Part shown: positions 23,593 through 37,555 of the stretch, piece after piece
Layout of the letters: every line of letters starts with the position of its first letter
Position numbering within the stretch: the stretch's first letter is position 1
Assembly (NCBI GenBank): GCA_000165425.1
Contig: CT868059.1
Coordinates: 1 to 64,000, forward strand
DNA length: 64,000 nt
Direction of reading: 5' to 3'
From: Paramecium tetraurelia
Taxonomy: Eukaryota
Program-made: the position numbers and the translations under genes
Notes under the pieces: model-generated
Database searches by the model: none
Seen by the model: the letters and a program-made list of their open reading frames with translations, nothing else
What the model was told of the DNA's origin: nothing

Positions 23593-26366
23593 ATGAAAGT
23601 ATAACTAAATTCATAACCACGATTAAATAAGAGATTATAGGTTATGATTTAAGCCAAGGAAGTATATCTTTCTAGTGACATCCCATGTCAGATTCGAGGA
23701 TGTGCATTTTGCAACCAAGAATCCGACATTCAATTGGAGAATCCCATATTCATGCTGGATAATGAGATCTTGGAATAGTATATAGATTTGATCGAACAGT
23801 CCAACATCAACAATATAGTGGTGCTACAATCGTAAGTGGCCTATTTCAGAAAAAGACAATAACAATCTTAGTATGCACAATAAATGATCAATCTGATTGA
23901 ATCCAATTTCTCAAAGAAAATTTATGTTTATCAGGATGAGTTTTCAATTCACACCTAAAATGGTAATCCCTTGATCTTATTGGCTCAATGGTACAATTCC
24001 CATAGACAATTTTTGAAAACCGAACTGGATTTGTGCTTGCTGACCCAAAATTATCAAATGCATCAACAATGCAAAAACCTGAACATCAAGTGTTTCACAA
24101 TCCAGGATTACGTCAAATTATACGAGAACAACGATTTGCTTGATTTTTTGGGAATGGACGAAGAATTCGAATAGAACTAGGAGGCTATCAACAATCAATT
24201 CCCCTATATTCCAGTGGAAGAGTGTGTACAGCAAATAAAACAAGGATTACTATTTGAAGGGAGAATCTCAATAGATAGAAACAATATTAAATTGGCTAGG
24301 ATATTTGTTAAGCAATTTCAATTGGAAATAAAAATAAATCAATAGAACAGAGTGTTACATGGAGATAGAGTGGCTGTTGAATTATTGTCTGAAGATCAAT
24401 GGGAACAATAGTAGAAACAAAAAGAGATAAAATTCGATGAGGATGATGATGATGATGGTAACAACAACACTCATACCAATGACACCAGTCATGAGATAAT
24501 GTCAACTAGCCATTTGCAAAATTTATTCAGGAAAGTGCAGTCACAAAACCTGGTCCCTTATGGAAAGGTTGTCAGTGTGTTGTAGAGAACGGAGAGACAT
24601 TTTTGTGGTCATGTAGAGAACAATATATTTGTGCCAGCTGATGGTAGGTATCCAAATTTCATTCTTAAACATTCAAAATATGATACATTATAGGATAAGA
24701 AGATCCAGGTTCAATTTGTAGATTGGCCAGTTTGGAGTGATAAGCCATTGTGTAAATTGAAAAAGGTATTGGGGAAGGCAGGAGATATGTACATCGAAGG
24801 AAATGTGATCTTGTTAGAACATCAAGTGGAAATAAGGGAATTCTCACATTAAGTGTTGGCTTGTTTACCAATCGAGGGAGTATGAATTTAATTATTAACA
24901 ATTTAAGGATAAATATAGAATATCAGAGTAGGAGATCAAAAGGAGAATGGATCTGAGAGATATTTTGGTATGTTCAATAGATCCAGTGGGATGTAAGGAC
25001 ATCGATGATACATTGCATTGTAGGAGATTGGAGAACAATTTATATGAAGTGGGTGTTCATATTGCAGATGTGTCTCATTTTGTGAAGCCAGACAGTGCAA
25101 TTGATAAGGAGGCTGCTCACAGATGCACCACAGTCTATTTAGTAGATAGAAGAACAGATATGTTGCCTAAATTATTGACAGAGAATCTGTGTTCATTGGT
25201 TAGCAATGTCGATAGATTGGCATTCTCAGTAATCTGGATTATGGATGACCAAGCAAATATCAAGGATGTCAAATTTGGCAAAAGTGTTATTCGATCTGTT
25301 GCCTCCTTGCATTATCAACAAGCTTAGGAAATGATCGATAATCCAAATGACAACAGTCAATTGACCCAAGGCATAAGACTCTTGAATATGTTAGCCAAGA
25401 AGTTGAAATAACTTAGAACAGATTAAGGAGCCTTGTCCTTAGCCAGCAATCAAGTTAAGTTTTCCTTCGATGATGAAACTCACAATCCCAGTGATGTCAG
25501 AATGTATCAATTGTATGACACCAATTCACTTGTTGAAGAGTTCATGCTTTTGGCCAATTGTTCAGTTGCCAATCAAATCTTACAAAGATTTCCCTCCATT
25601 TCGGTTCTTCGTAGACATCAAGAACCTAAGATGAAACAATTAAAGGAACTCCAAATCTTGATGAATGACTTAGGTAGATGATCTCATTAATTATTAGGAT
25701 ATCAATTTTCATTTGACACATCTAAATTGCTTAGTGAGTCCCTGGACTAAATTCAAAGACCCAATGATTCATTCTTTAACAAGCTCATTCGTATGATTAC
25801 TACGAGATGCATGAACGAAGTAATCTATATATTCTCAATATTATTAGGCTCTATATGTCTGCACTGCTGATGTAGATTATCCAGAACTCTATCATTATGG
25901 TTTAGCCGCAGAACTCTATACTCATTTCACATCTCCAATCAGAAGATATGCTGATGTGCTTGTCCATAGATTATTGGCTGCCTCCATTGATTTAGAGTCA
26001 CTTCCTCCATCTATGTCAAACAAAATCAGAATGACCAGAATTTGCGATAAACTGAATATGAGACATAGAATGGCCAGATTTGCTAGCAGAGCCTCCTCAG
26101 ATTATCACACTTACCTGTTCTTTAAAAATAGACCTCAGCAAATTGATCAAGCAATCATCACCGGAATCTTGACTGACAAAGTCACAGTCATGATCCCCAG
26201 GTATGTATTGGAAGGAACAATCGATGCTCAAATTATAGATAGAATGAATATCATCATCTAAGGGACACGTTACAGAATTTTCGATTACATCCAAGTTGAG
26301 ATCTCCGTTGAATTGCATAGTTTCCATAAAAAAATCCACATGAAGTATATTAAAAATAATAATTGA
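23593..26366 (+). CDS. DIS3: Exosome catalytic subunit Dis3/Rrp44 (CR3-PIN-CSD-RNB-S1)
   Basis: [54 protein letters not shown]. Confidence 0.95.
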
Positions 26367-26513
26367 AATTACCCTTCAAAATTCTTCTATTTTCCCATTC
26401 CCAAATATATATATATAAACTCATTTACAAATAGGATTAATCCTCTTAACACTTTATAATCTTAGTTACAATTTATTTAATCAAATCAATTTCAGTTGTA
26501 TTAATGATTTGAG

Positions 26514-29438
26514 ATGGATATTTACTATAATAATACAAACGAAACATTATTATTTTATATGGATTTTTAGGCTAAACTAAAATTGAGCATCTTAATATTA
26601 TTTGTGCCGGTAGGTTTTATTGCTTTACTGCAAATAATAACATTAAATGTAATCTTTATCACCAACTTCTCTGATTAAGCGAATCAGTTGTCATTTGCAA
26701 TCTACAATGAAACAACCAGAACTACCCTTAGATTCAGCCATAAACTAGAAACCATAAATCTAGGTCTCAAGGCCAATGTCGCCTTTATTCTCTAAGATTT
26801 GATGACTGCCAATCAGGATTTGGAGTTTCATGACAGCCTGCAACAAATTTAGACCTTCCTGTATCCCTTAATCAGAAGAGGCAATATTGAGAACTTTAAG
26901 GTTATTTGCAAGGATTCATTTGAATACTCGATGCAGCAAATACCAAGCCAATTTGAATCCTGGAATTCAAGTAGTTAGGTTTCCGTAGATCTATATTAGC
27001 AGTACTTTCGATTCATTTTAAACTACAATCACAAATATAGCTGTAATATCCAATTATATTAATCTATCCTAAATTTGGTTGGTTAAACCTATAGATATGC
27101 CAATAGCGAAATATGGGAGAATCAATTGAATTATTTCATGATTAATGAGCAATTTTATTAATTCAGATATAATGAGTTCTTTCCCATTGAAAGGAGCAAA
27201 TTAGAAGAATATTATGGCCAATTCTTGGAACACCTACTGGTTCAATAAGATTTTGACGATTATCGCTGTTTACGCTAAGATACACTTATCTAGTATTATT
27301 AACAAAAGTCTTTCATATATGGTTGGTTCTACTCAATCCAAAAACAACACACTAGATGTGAAAAATAACAAATCTCTAAAATATTAGCAATCAAGATTTT
27401 CGATATTGAAAAATTCAAATAACTAGCTGGTTCTTCTCAGACTGAATCAGATCATAATGTATCATTGATCATAGCTCAGGCTGTTGTGAGTCTAACCTTC
27501 CTATTGTATGTCTGGACAACATCTATAAAGGTTGCCAATTCTTTCTGTCTTCCTCTTTAAAGATTGGCACTCCAGTTACAAAATCCATAGCAGCACAGCT
27601 TCGACTCAATACCACTGGAGGCAGGTGATTAAAATTGCAAGGAAATTAGTAGTCTTCATAAAAGCCTACAAATCTATCTCTACTATTATTAACTACTACA
27701 ATAACAACATTTCTACTCCGATCAAGATTAAGGGTCTCACTATTTAATGACCTTATCCTAACTCAGTGAGGTGTACAAATATCATAAAAACAATTGGTAA
27801 GTTAGTGTTTGTGCAAATAACATAGCATAGATACATCTAAAGAACAAGAGATACATCGAAGCACTCAAGTTTCAAGTAAAATCTGTGATTCTGGGATTTG
27901 AAGAGTACACTAGTATTAAGTAGATTGAAAAGATACGAAAACAATTATTACATAGTTAAAAGTCTATACTAATACAGTTGAGGAACAAGCTAACACGGTT
28001 TGTGATCAATAAATTAGCAGGTAGTACTTATATATTGCATTCAGAACATTTGAATAGAAATAGGTATAACTCTTTTATGCTATAAAATTCATATAAATAG
28101 TCTGAAATTTAATAAATTTAAGTAACTGAGAGATTGATTTTAATTAATTAGAAAAAATAAGAGAACTCTTTCGAAAAAATCGGCTATCACTAACAATTGG
28201 AGTTAGAAGAAGATCGATTTAAGGAAGAAAAGCGATTTTACAAGTTAACCATACTATTCAGGAAGTACACCTTCTGTAGAATGTTATATAAGTTTTGCAT
28301 TAAAGAATAGCCCCGTTTTCTGAATGAAGCTATTTGTTCTTTGACTGAATTATATGAGGAAATCTCAAACAAAAGCTATTCTGAAAATCGATCAATAATA
28401 GGAATGAAAATATAGTTGTTAATTATGAAGTTTAGCTGTTATTAAAAACTAAATTTGATTATCAAGGCTAAATAGGACTTGTATTCAATTAAAATACTCT
28501 ATGAGTAATATATTATGTTAGAGAAGTCGAACCTCGTTCTAAATGGATTCGACATATTTTAGTTGACATCAAAAGAAATTATTTAAAATGCTATTAGGAA
28601 ATTGAAAATTTGTTTATTAATGAAACATTAATAGTATTAAGAAGCTAGTGAAAAATGTATAAAGATTATAAGAAAAAACAGTTAGAATATACATAAATTG
28701 AATTCATTTGCTTATAAGACTCTGTAAAGCATTTTTATGAAATTGAATCTTAATCAGAATGTGTTATAAAAATTGTATCTTGACATAAATCCAAGAATGT
28801 TTCAAATATTCTTTTTGATTGACTATTCATCTAAGGTTTCTTTTGAGTAAATTTAAGTATCACATTCTATATGTGCTTATATATTGTAAAAGTTGATAAA
28901 TTTGAGAGAAGTAGGTTTGTACATATTTAATGACACTTTGTATGAGATGCTATCAGCCTCGTAATCAATTAAGTATAGGAAATTCTTGTTGAAGTAGTTT
29001 GAGAGATTCTAAATTATGAAAGGAGGCGAATGTAAGGTCCTGGAAAGTCTTGACAATCTATTAGAGTATAGATTGAATTAATTCTCTAAACAAAGCAGTT
29101 ATGATATGAACTAATCGTAGAAATCGATTATAATCCAAAAGGCATCATAAGAACAAAAGGGGATGGTGCAAAGTTTTGTTTGTGTGTTCTCTGAGTTCTC
29201 GATATGTGTGGATGAGGATTTATTGGAGAAGATACAGAAACAAACTTAAAGGTAGGAGATAAATTTGGTTCTGTTTAATATAGCAAATTCAAATAGAAAT
29301 CATGAGTAGGCGAAGAATCTTGCTAAGAAGATGAGTGCTTGTTATTTGGAGAGCGAGGTGGAAACAATCAGATGGATTTCTCACTTGAATTAATCTTCAA
29401 TTCCAATTCATACGTAGGGGTATGTGGAGTTTTTGTGA
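26514..29438 (+). CDS. Two-TM receptor-like protein with HAMP-like, TPR-like and vWA-like cytoplasmic regions
   Basis: TM1 LSILILFVPVGFIALL; TM2 VSLIIAQAVVSLTFLLYVW followed by PLQRL; VCANNIAQIHLKNKRYIEAL; FLIDYSS. Confidence 0.7.
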
Positions 29439-29580
29439 GAAGATAATTTTATAATATTAAGAATTATTGTCTGGATTAGTTGAAATGTTATTGGTTTTTA
29501 TTCTGGTTTAGTTATTTATAAATGCATATAAAATAATTAATTAGATGAATTATATTAAGTAAGATATGATGATAAATCAT

Positions 29581-29964
29581 TCAAAATTGTTTTCTCTGTT
29601 GCTGCAGACTCATTTATTAGAGCATTTCATTTTTGAACTAATCTTTAAGCACTTCGAATTTGGGTATCATTTATTTTTAGGAGGGGAGTGCTTAAAAAGT
29701 AACGAAGTTGGTGAAGACTTATTGATTCGGTTTGCTTTGCTCTGAATCTGAGTCAGAATCACTCAGACTCTCATTCATGTAACTAGCCAGAGGGTCTTTT
29801 CTGACAGAGAATTGCTTGGTGCTGTTTTGATTATACTACAAAGTTCCTCCCGAAGTCTCAGTGTTTCTTTTGATTAGGTCCTTTTTCTCGGAGCCCTTGG
29901 AGAGTCTGACTTCATTTTGAATTTCAATTGATTGTTGAGCTTATTGTTTACAAATGCTTCCCAT
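29581..29964 (-). CDS. Hypothetical protein with MGSIC N-acylation motif
   Basis: 127-aa single-exon code-6 ORF. Confidence 0.7.
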
Positions 29965-29983
29965 TTTAATTTTAATAATATAA

Positions 29984-31393
29984 TCAAAATAAAAGAATTC
30001 TTTTCTTTCTATCTCTTCGTTTGCACATTCCATACTTCACATTCTTTTCTTGTTGCAGTCGGTTGAATTGATTTGGATCCATTTTCAATTATTCGTAATT
30101 TACATTTTCAATCCACACAATGGCTGACTTTAATTGAGTGAAGCAATACCCAGCATGACTCATCATCCTCGATTTATTGATGAATAGTTCTATGAAACTG
30201 AATCTCATTATAAATTACTTGATATTGCTTTGCAATCTGGTTGACTAGGCGAGGATCAGCACTCTGATGAAGGCTGGGAACACAGCATCTGCCGAGGCTG
30301 CCTCTTAATTGATCTAGGAAATGGTATCAGTAATGAGTTGAGTGGCCTTCAGGATGCAATCCAATTTATCAACTGAGTTCTTTTTCATGTCAATTTGATT
30401 GATCACTAAATTTAAATGGTAAATATTACTTTAAGCAGCACATTCGAATTGTTAATCGATTTTGGATTTGATTTTGATACTTAGATGTTCATCGGTAATC
30501 CATTCTAGAGTTTTGAATCGTATGTTTAATTCGATATCTCTAGCAGTTGGTTCTTTGGGGTATAATTTCTCATAGATCAATCTGGTGAGATACCTCTCCA
30601 CAATGTCGTCGATGAGTGCTGTGCTGGGGAGACCATTGATTTCAATAGATTTCATGTAATCAGTTAATGCAGTGACCACTTCTGAATACCCAGAGTTGAT
30701 GCCGTATTTATCTGGTTAGGAAGTCTCTTTTAAACTATATGAACTCAACATGGCATCTCTCACTTCTGGCAATTTACAGAAGATACGAACAAACTCACTC
30801 AGATCATTGCAATGAAATTAACTCAATAATTCCACTCTTGGGATTTTAGTAGATTCGCATTAAATTAGGATTCTCAAGGTTTTTGTGTCAAACATACAAT
30901 GAAAACACTCCGATTGATTTTCCAACCAGATTTTGTTTGCATTCAAGGCTAGTGTGTTTCTGGATTTGACCTTCTCTTGATTTGCAAACAATTTCCTGGT
31001 TGCAGGAGAGGAAATACAAAATTGAACCAATGCTCCATTAATTTGCTTAACGAATTCATCCTCATATGGTTGTGGGTTTTGTTCGAAAGTAGAATTAGCA
31101 ATTTTCTATAAGAGGAGATAATCCTCGAGTTGTTATTATTTTTAGTCTGATTGCTGCGTATAGGATTTGGTCATAAATTGCGCATAATCAAGGGAATCAT
31201 CATCTTAGGCTTGGTACTAGCCAGTGATCACACTCTGAATAACACGGGGTTTCTGAGTAAATTGGATCGTGGATTGAGCCAATAGGGATTGCTGATCATC
31301 ACTTATGTTATGGGTGTCTTGAAATTACAATTAGAGATCATCACTCTTGAGTCTAGGCAATTGCATGAATTAATCGTCTTCCTTTTGATCCAT
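29984..31393 (-). CDS. VPS9-domain Rab5 GEF
   Basis: KLDCIL..ASADAVFPAFIRVLILAQ..RLQSNI..FIELF..GYCFTQLKSAIVWIE. Confidence 0.9.
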
Positions 31394-31401
31394 TATTTAT
31401 T

Positions 31402-32719
31402 ATGATATAAATATTATTGTTGCTCGGAGTTGCCATAGCCAATAATTTAAGATTCAGAGCCAAGGGAACAATACCCAATCTTTGGAACATTTAAGCATCC
31501 ACCTGCTACGGAGTAATGTTCGATGCTGGCAGTTCCGGCACTAGAGTCTATGTGTATTCGTGGAATTGCAGAGAGACTCAAACCATGCCCTACGTCTCCC
31601 TCAGTGAGAAATCCATAGAGAAGAAGGTGAAGCCAGGAATATCATCCTTTGCCACTAAACTCAATGAAATACCCGCCTATCTCTAGCCATTGATTGATTT
31701 TGCACTCAGCAACATCCCCAAATCCATGAAGGCCTACACTCCAATCATGCTAGGTGCCACTGCTGGTATGAGACTGTTGCCAGTCGAATCATAAACTTAG
31801 ATTATGAAGGAAGTCCAACGAGTCTTCCTCAAATCTGGATTGCTTTTCTTAAGCGAATAATGGGCGAGAGTGATTACTGGATAGGAAGAAGTAAATAAAA
31901 TTCAATTTAAGATAGGGAGCATACATGTGGTTATCTCTTAATTACCTCCTCCAGACAATGTCAGATTAATAATAGGTCACAACCATTGATTTAGGGGGGG
32001 CTTCTACGTAGATTTCGTTCAAACCTAAGGGGAAAATTGAGGACGGAATGATGGATCTCATTATACCTAATTTGAATGAATACGAAATATTCAGCAGTAG
32101 TTATTTGCTTTTTGGAATGGATCAAGCATTAATTCAAGTGCATAAGTAGTTTTAAGACAATGACACATTCACTATCACTACTCCTTGCTATTTTAGTGGA
32201 TACGAGAACGTGTATGAGTATGATGCCAGATTCAAAGTTATCGGGTAGGGCAATTACTAGGAATGCAGGAGACTCATAAGACAATATCTTAATAATGATC
32301 CAGAGAAATGCCAACACTCCAATTGTGGGATCAATGGGCAATATTAGCCTAAAATTGATGGTGACATCATATATGGCATTAGTGGAATTTAGAGCATGGT
32401 GAATTTGTTTGGATTTGAAAACTACACTCTCACTCAGTATTCCAACAAGGTTGTTAGTTTCACATCTTTGGTTTGGTCGGATATAGAACAAATACCGGAA
32501 TACATTAGCAATCCCTACATCACCACAGATTACTTCTCAAGTATCTATGTCGATGAGTTGCTCTCGTATGGCTATGGAATAAGCAGGGATCAATTGCTCT
32601 ATAGTCCTGATGAGATCAACAACATTTCCCCTTCCTGGACAGTTGCTGCTATGTTCTATCAACTCGCTCAGATCCAGTGCCAATATGATAGTCCTGTGTG
32701 CATTCAACTCATTAAATGA
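31402..32719 (+). CDS. GDA1/CD39 nucleoside-diphosphatase/apyrase
   Basis: Signal peptide; apyrase conserved regions FDAGSSGTRVY, GATAGMRLL, ITGQEEG, DLGGASTQI, SWT. Confidence 0.95.
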
Positions 32720-32784
32720 TTATTTTAGAAACCATTTTAAACTAATACAAAATTATAATTTTATCATATTTGGTAGGGTAGTAG

Positions 32785-33662
32785 TCAAATTTTTCTTTTT
32801 TTCGACTCTTAATTCTAATTCTAAGGATTTTGCAATTCTTAGGCTAATTGAACCGATTGGTTAATCCAGTCATTGAGCCAGGGGAATCTCTTGTAATTCA
32901 AGACTTGCTAGGAGAGGTTAAATATGCGATAAGTACATTAATTTGATCGGACACTATCATTTCCATAATAAAAACTACATATTTTCTAATCTTCTATTAA
33001 TTCTCATTCAATGCCAATTGTAGATATTGATCTAATTAAATCGGATGCAATATTTATACTTAGAAAGTTTGAGTAATCTTATTAATAGGAAGTATTTTGG
33101 AATAATTGCTTGACGAATGAATTATTCATTTTCTTGATTACTTTTTTCTCCTTCATTTGTTCCTTACTCTGAGTTTATCTTTGGTGCTTCATACTTTTAC
33201 GAATAATAAATTTTATCATTTCTTCCCTTGTCTTCACAACCTATTGATAGATGATGCTAGATGCATACTTGCAAGTATCTTGTGAAAATCTAAAAGAAGA
33301 CTGATTTTAGTGCCTTTTTTTAAGTCCAAAAACGAAAAGCCTTTTAATAAGCGAAGATCTATTCTTTGGATAGGTAATTGAGATGTCTCATGAGGAAATC
33401 GATCATTTTATAGACCTCCTCCTGGAGTTATTCTTTGGTCAGACAGATTAATTAGTGTTGTTGATTGAGGTTGAGTAATTTGCGCAGATGATGATTCTCC
33501 TCTGCCAAGACTTAGAATGTGGATTGGTAGTGTTATATCTCGTTGGGGATGGAAGTGTAGTGCACTGGAATTGGGCACTGTTGGATGTACAATTATTGTT
33601 CCTCCTAAATGGCTTATGAGCTATTTTACTTATTTGATTATTTAGTTTTCTTCTTCTTTCAT
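32785..33662 (-). CDS. Hypothetical ciliate-family protein (KRFPW motif)
   Basis: Long code-6 frame with small introns; KMNNSFVKQLFQN..Y..FL; YKRFPWL; 3' end uncertain. Confidence 0.7.
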
Positions 33663-33777
33663 TTTTTGTTATAAGGTTGAGTATTCTAAAAAACAAGTGA
33701 GAGATTAAATTAATTTAAAAATATTATTACTTCTCATCATTATATAAACTATTATATATATTTTATTTAATTAAGCT

Positions 33778-36523
33778 ATGCTCAAATGCCAAAGTCTTTA
33801 AAAGGCCCTACTCAAATATCTGAAGACCTTTGAAAACCAATCCTATTAGTCATGGAAATGGCACAACTACACTTAGTGGGCGGATCTTTCATTCAGGCCA
33901 TTAATAATAATGTAGATAATATTTATCATCATTAAACTATTGATCATCGCCAATAACTAACTACTGTGGGTCATTTTTGGAGTTCAGATTTTGGTTCATT
34001 CAATCCTATTTTTATGTCTTCCCAGAATCATTTACAAAGAGTCCTACTTTTTGTAGCTCGTCCCCTTAATATAACAGGAATGCTTTTGCCTCCTTTGTTA
34101 CTTTGCCTACAACGAAAGCTACCTCATGTTCTACACCACCATTTGCATCATCTTCCAAAGCATGTATTCAACCATCTTATGGAAGGTGATCGCAATACTA
34201 ATCTTTTTCATTCAAACTATCTTGCTTTTAGATCTATCCTCCTTTGAAGGACTCTATCTCACAGTCGCTCTGCTATTCATGCAGATCGTACGGAAAGAAC
34301 TCCAGCAAATGCAGCACTTCCTCAATTTACAAGCATTATTTTTAATCATCGACTCCACACCTTAGGCTATGTGTATAGCCCATAAGGATAAAAATTGGTT
34401 ACTCTATTCCAACAAAGTATTTGATAATTTAGCATATAAATTAGAGAATACAAATCAATCTGATACTGATTAATCTCCAGAAAAAACAGCAACTAATAAC
34501 TCTACTAAAAATTAATTAACTTTTTTGTAAAATTTATAATTAGATGAATTAAATAACAATCAAAAGTTTGTCTAATTTGATTTTGATGATGATGATTTAT
34601 ACTTCGATGATCAATACAAAATTAAGAATGTTACTTACAGCAAGGATAAAAATTCAATCTAATATTCTAAAGCCTTCTCTTTTGAAATACCAACTGATCG
34701 ACCCAAAAATCATGTTCAATTTTAGAGGTTTTTCCAATCATTTAAAAATCCTGATGATGAATCCATCATCAAAAAAACCTTCACGTCTGATGTCACAATG
34801 AAAATCGAAGTCAACAATCCACCCCAATTCCACTTGTTATCAGCAGGTAAGAAGAATCATCCTAAGAAATTGAACCTCCCAAATAAACAATCTAAATCAG
34901 GTAACTTAATGACTCCAAGTCGAAAAGTATCCGCTGATTTCTTATTGAATAGTAAGGAAAATAGGAGTTCTGGCCACAAACAGTCTCTGCTGGATCAAGA
35001 AGCGAATTTAATAAATAAGACAAAACCAGTTTATGTCCACAAAATGAAATTCTTAATTAACGTATTAGAGAATTGTAGAATCTTTGATAATGATGATGAG
35101 TTGTAAATATATTTCATTCATGAAGTCAATCAAATCTTATTAAGAGCAAAACTAAAAAAATTAGAATCAATCAAAAAGAATCTCCTGAGATCAATTTCTC
35201 ATGAATTGCTCACAAATCTTAATGCAGTCTTCGGATTCATCAAACAAAGCTAGGACAGGTTGCTGAATAAAGAATCCTGTCATCTCCAATTGGAACAGGC
35301 TTTGAGTTACACAAAATTGCAACTCTATAAGATCTATGACTTCTTCGATTACAGAGACATTCTAGAAGACAGTTTCCAATTGAAATCAGATAAATTCGAT
35401 ATCAATACAGTCATTTTAGAGTGTGTGGATTTGTTTAGAAATCAGATCGAAAGGAAGTCCTTAGCAATCAATGTGAAATTACCCGAAACCTCCTATATAA
35501 TTAGCGGAGACAGACAACGTTTGTGTTAAGTACTCCTGAATTTGATTGGAAATTCTATTCGATTCACTTACAAAGGAGAAATTACCATCACTGTTTAGAA
35601 GTAAGAATACATGGAGTCAATGGAAGGAATTGAGGTACATTCAGCTAATTTACAGGATAACAATTTGCTGGAAGTTCAAGTGAATGACACTGGGATAGGC
35701 ATGAAGGAGGGTGAGTTGAGCATTTTAAGAAAAAAGGTATTCCTTTTAATTAGAGTAGTTACATTTAACTGACGAGGATGAAAAGGTTTCTAAGCATTCA
35801 GTTGGCATAGGTTTGGGATTGTCTGTGAGCAAGCAAATTATCAAGTTGATGGCTCCGAACAATCAAAACTACATTTCTGTCGAATCAAAAGAAGATCAAG
35901 GCACATGCTTCAATTTTCTATTGAAATACAATGAAGAATCGAATCTAAGCACAAATTTCCTCTAAAGGTCCAACAATCACACAATTCCTTATGTGGATGC
36001 TCAAAGTACGTAATAGGTTCGCGTGATGAACTACAATAAATGTAATAACCTTCAGATCACTGAGAAGTAGGGTTAATCAGAATTGTAACTAGACAATCTG
36101 ATAAATTAATGCAATTGCAAAATTGTCTTGATTGTTGATGACGAGGAGTTCAATGTGGATGTCCTTATACATATGGTCAAAAATTTAGGATTTGATACAG
36201 ACTTTGCTTTCAATGGGAAGCAAGCGATTGAAAAAGTGCAAACCAAATTGCTCAAAAGGTGCAGTCAGTAGAATTGTATTGGATACAACTGCATCTTGAT
36301 GGATATTAATATGCCAATGATGAGTGGATGGGAAACTGTGTAAAGAATTCGACAAATAGAAAATGAGATCCATCTGAGCAGAACTATCCCTGTGGTTGCA
36401 GTTACTGGTTTCTGTAGTATCAAAGATCAATAGAAAAGCATTAATGAAGGATTTAATAGTGTTTTGATTAAGCCTGCTACAAAGGAGAAGTTAATTGAAA
36501 CTTTTAATCGTCTCAGTATCTGA
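33778..36523 (+). CDS. Membrane hybrid histidine kinase 1 (TM-HisKA-HATPase-REC)
   Basis: SISHELLTNLN; QVLLNLIGNSIRFT; NDTGIGM; GIGLGLSVSK; LIVDDEEFN; LMDINMP; LIKP. Confidence 0.93.
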
Positions 36524-36610
36524 ATTTTATTCTTATATTTTTACTATTTAAGTTTTAAATTTTTAGAAGTTAATTTAATATTCACAGCATTTATATTATT
36601 AAAATTAACA

Positions 36611-37299
36611 ATGTCATCATTGGTGAAAAAGTCCAAGGATACCTGCGATTTATTGATCAAGGTTTTGTTGATTGGAAATTCAGGGGTTGGGAAAACCCAG
36701 ATATTGTTGAGATACACGGAAAATCAATTTAAAACATCATTTCTGAGTACGATAGGTATTTGTTTAATCTTTTCAATCTATAAGGAATCGATTTTAAAAT
36801 CAAAAAGATATCAGTGGATGAGAAGGTCATTAAAATGCAAATTTGGGACACTGCTGGTCAAGAGCGTTATTAAACTATTACTTAAACATATTACAAGGGA
36901 GCTATGGGAATCATACTAGTTTTCGCCGTGAATGATCAGGAATCCTTTCGTGACATTGAGAAATGGATGAATCAAATTAAATTACATGCAAGTGACAATA
37001 TCATAAAAGTATTAATAGGTTAGTTTAGAATATTATTATGATATTTAGGAAACAAAACAGATCTGCCTGACAGATGCATCACTTATGAGGACGCTCTCAA
37101 TATGGCGTAATAACATAACATACCTTACTTCGAAACAAGTGCAAAGGAAGGAACCAACATTAATCAGACATTTTAATAAATCGCCAAACTCATTAAAGAC
37201 CAAAACGAAAGGCTTCCCCAATAATCTGACAAAGCTTTCAACAAGTTAAACCCTGCGAATCAAGATTAATAAAAATAAGATGATTCAGTGTGCTGTTGA
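36611..37299 (+). CDS. Rab GTPase (Rab8/Sec4-like)
   Basis: [37 protein letters not shown]-terminal CC; two introns. Confidence 0.95.
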
Positions 37300-37555
37300 T
37301 TCATCTCTATTGATTTGTGATGTCCTAATTTTTCAATATATTATTCATGTTGTGATTGCGTTATTATCATTTATAATACTTCAACTCAATTTTAATTTCC
37401 TTAATTTCATTTTAAATTGCATTCTCTGCACTTTTTATTACTTCACATTTAATTTATTTACATGTTATTCCGAAGCCAAACTTAAAAAATAAGTTAATGA
37501 TAACCACTTACTAGTTTGATGAATAAACATCAAATTTAATAATTATAAAATTTGC

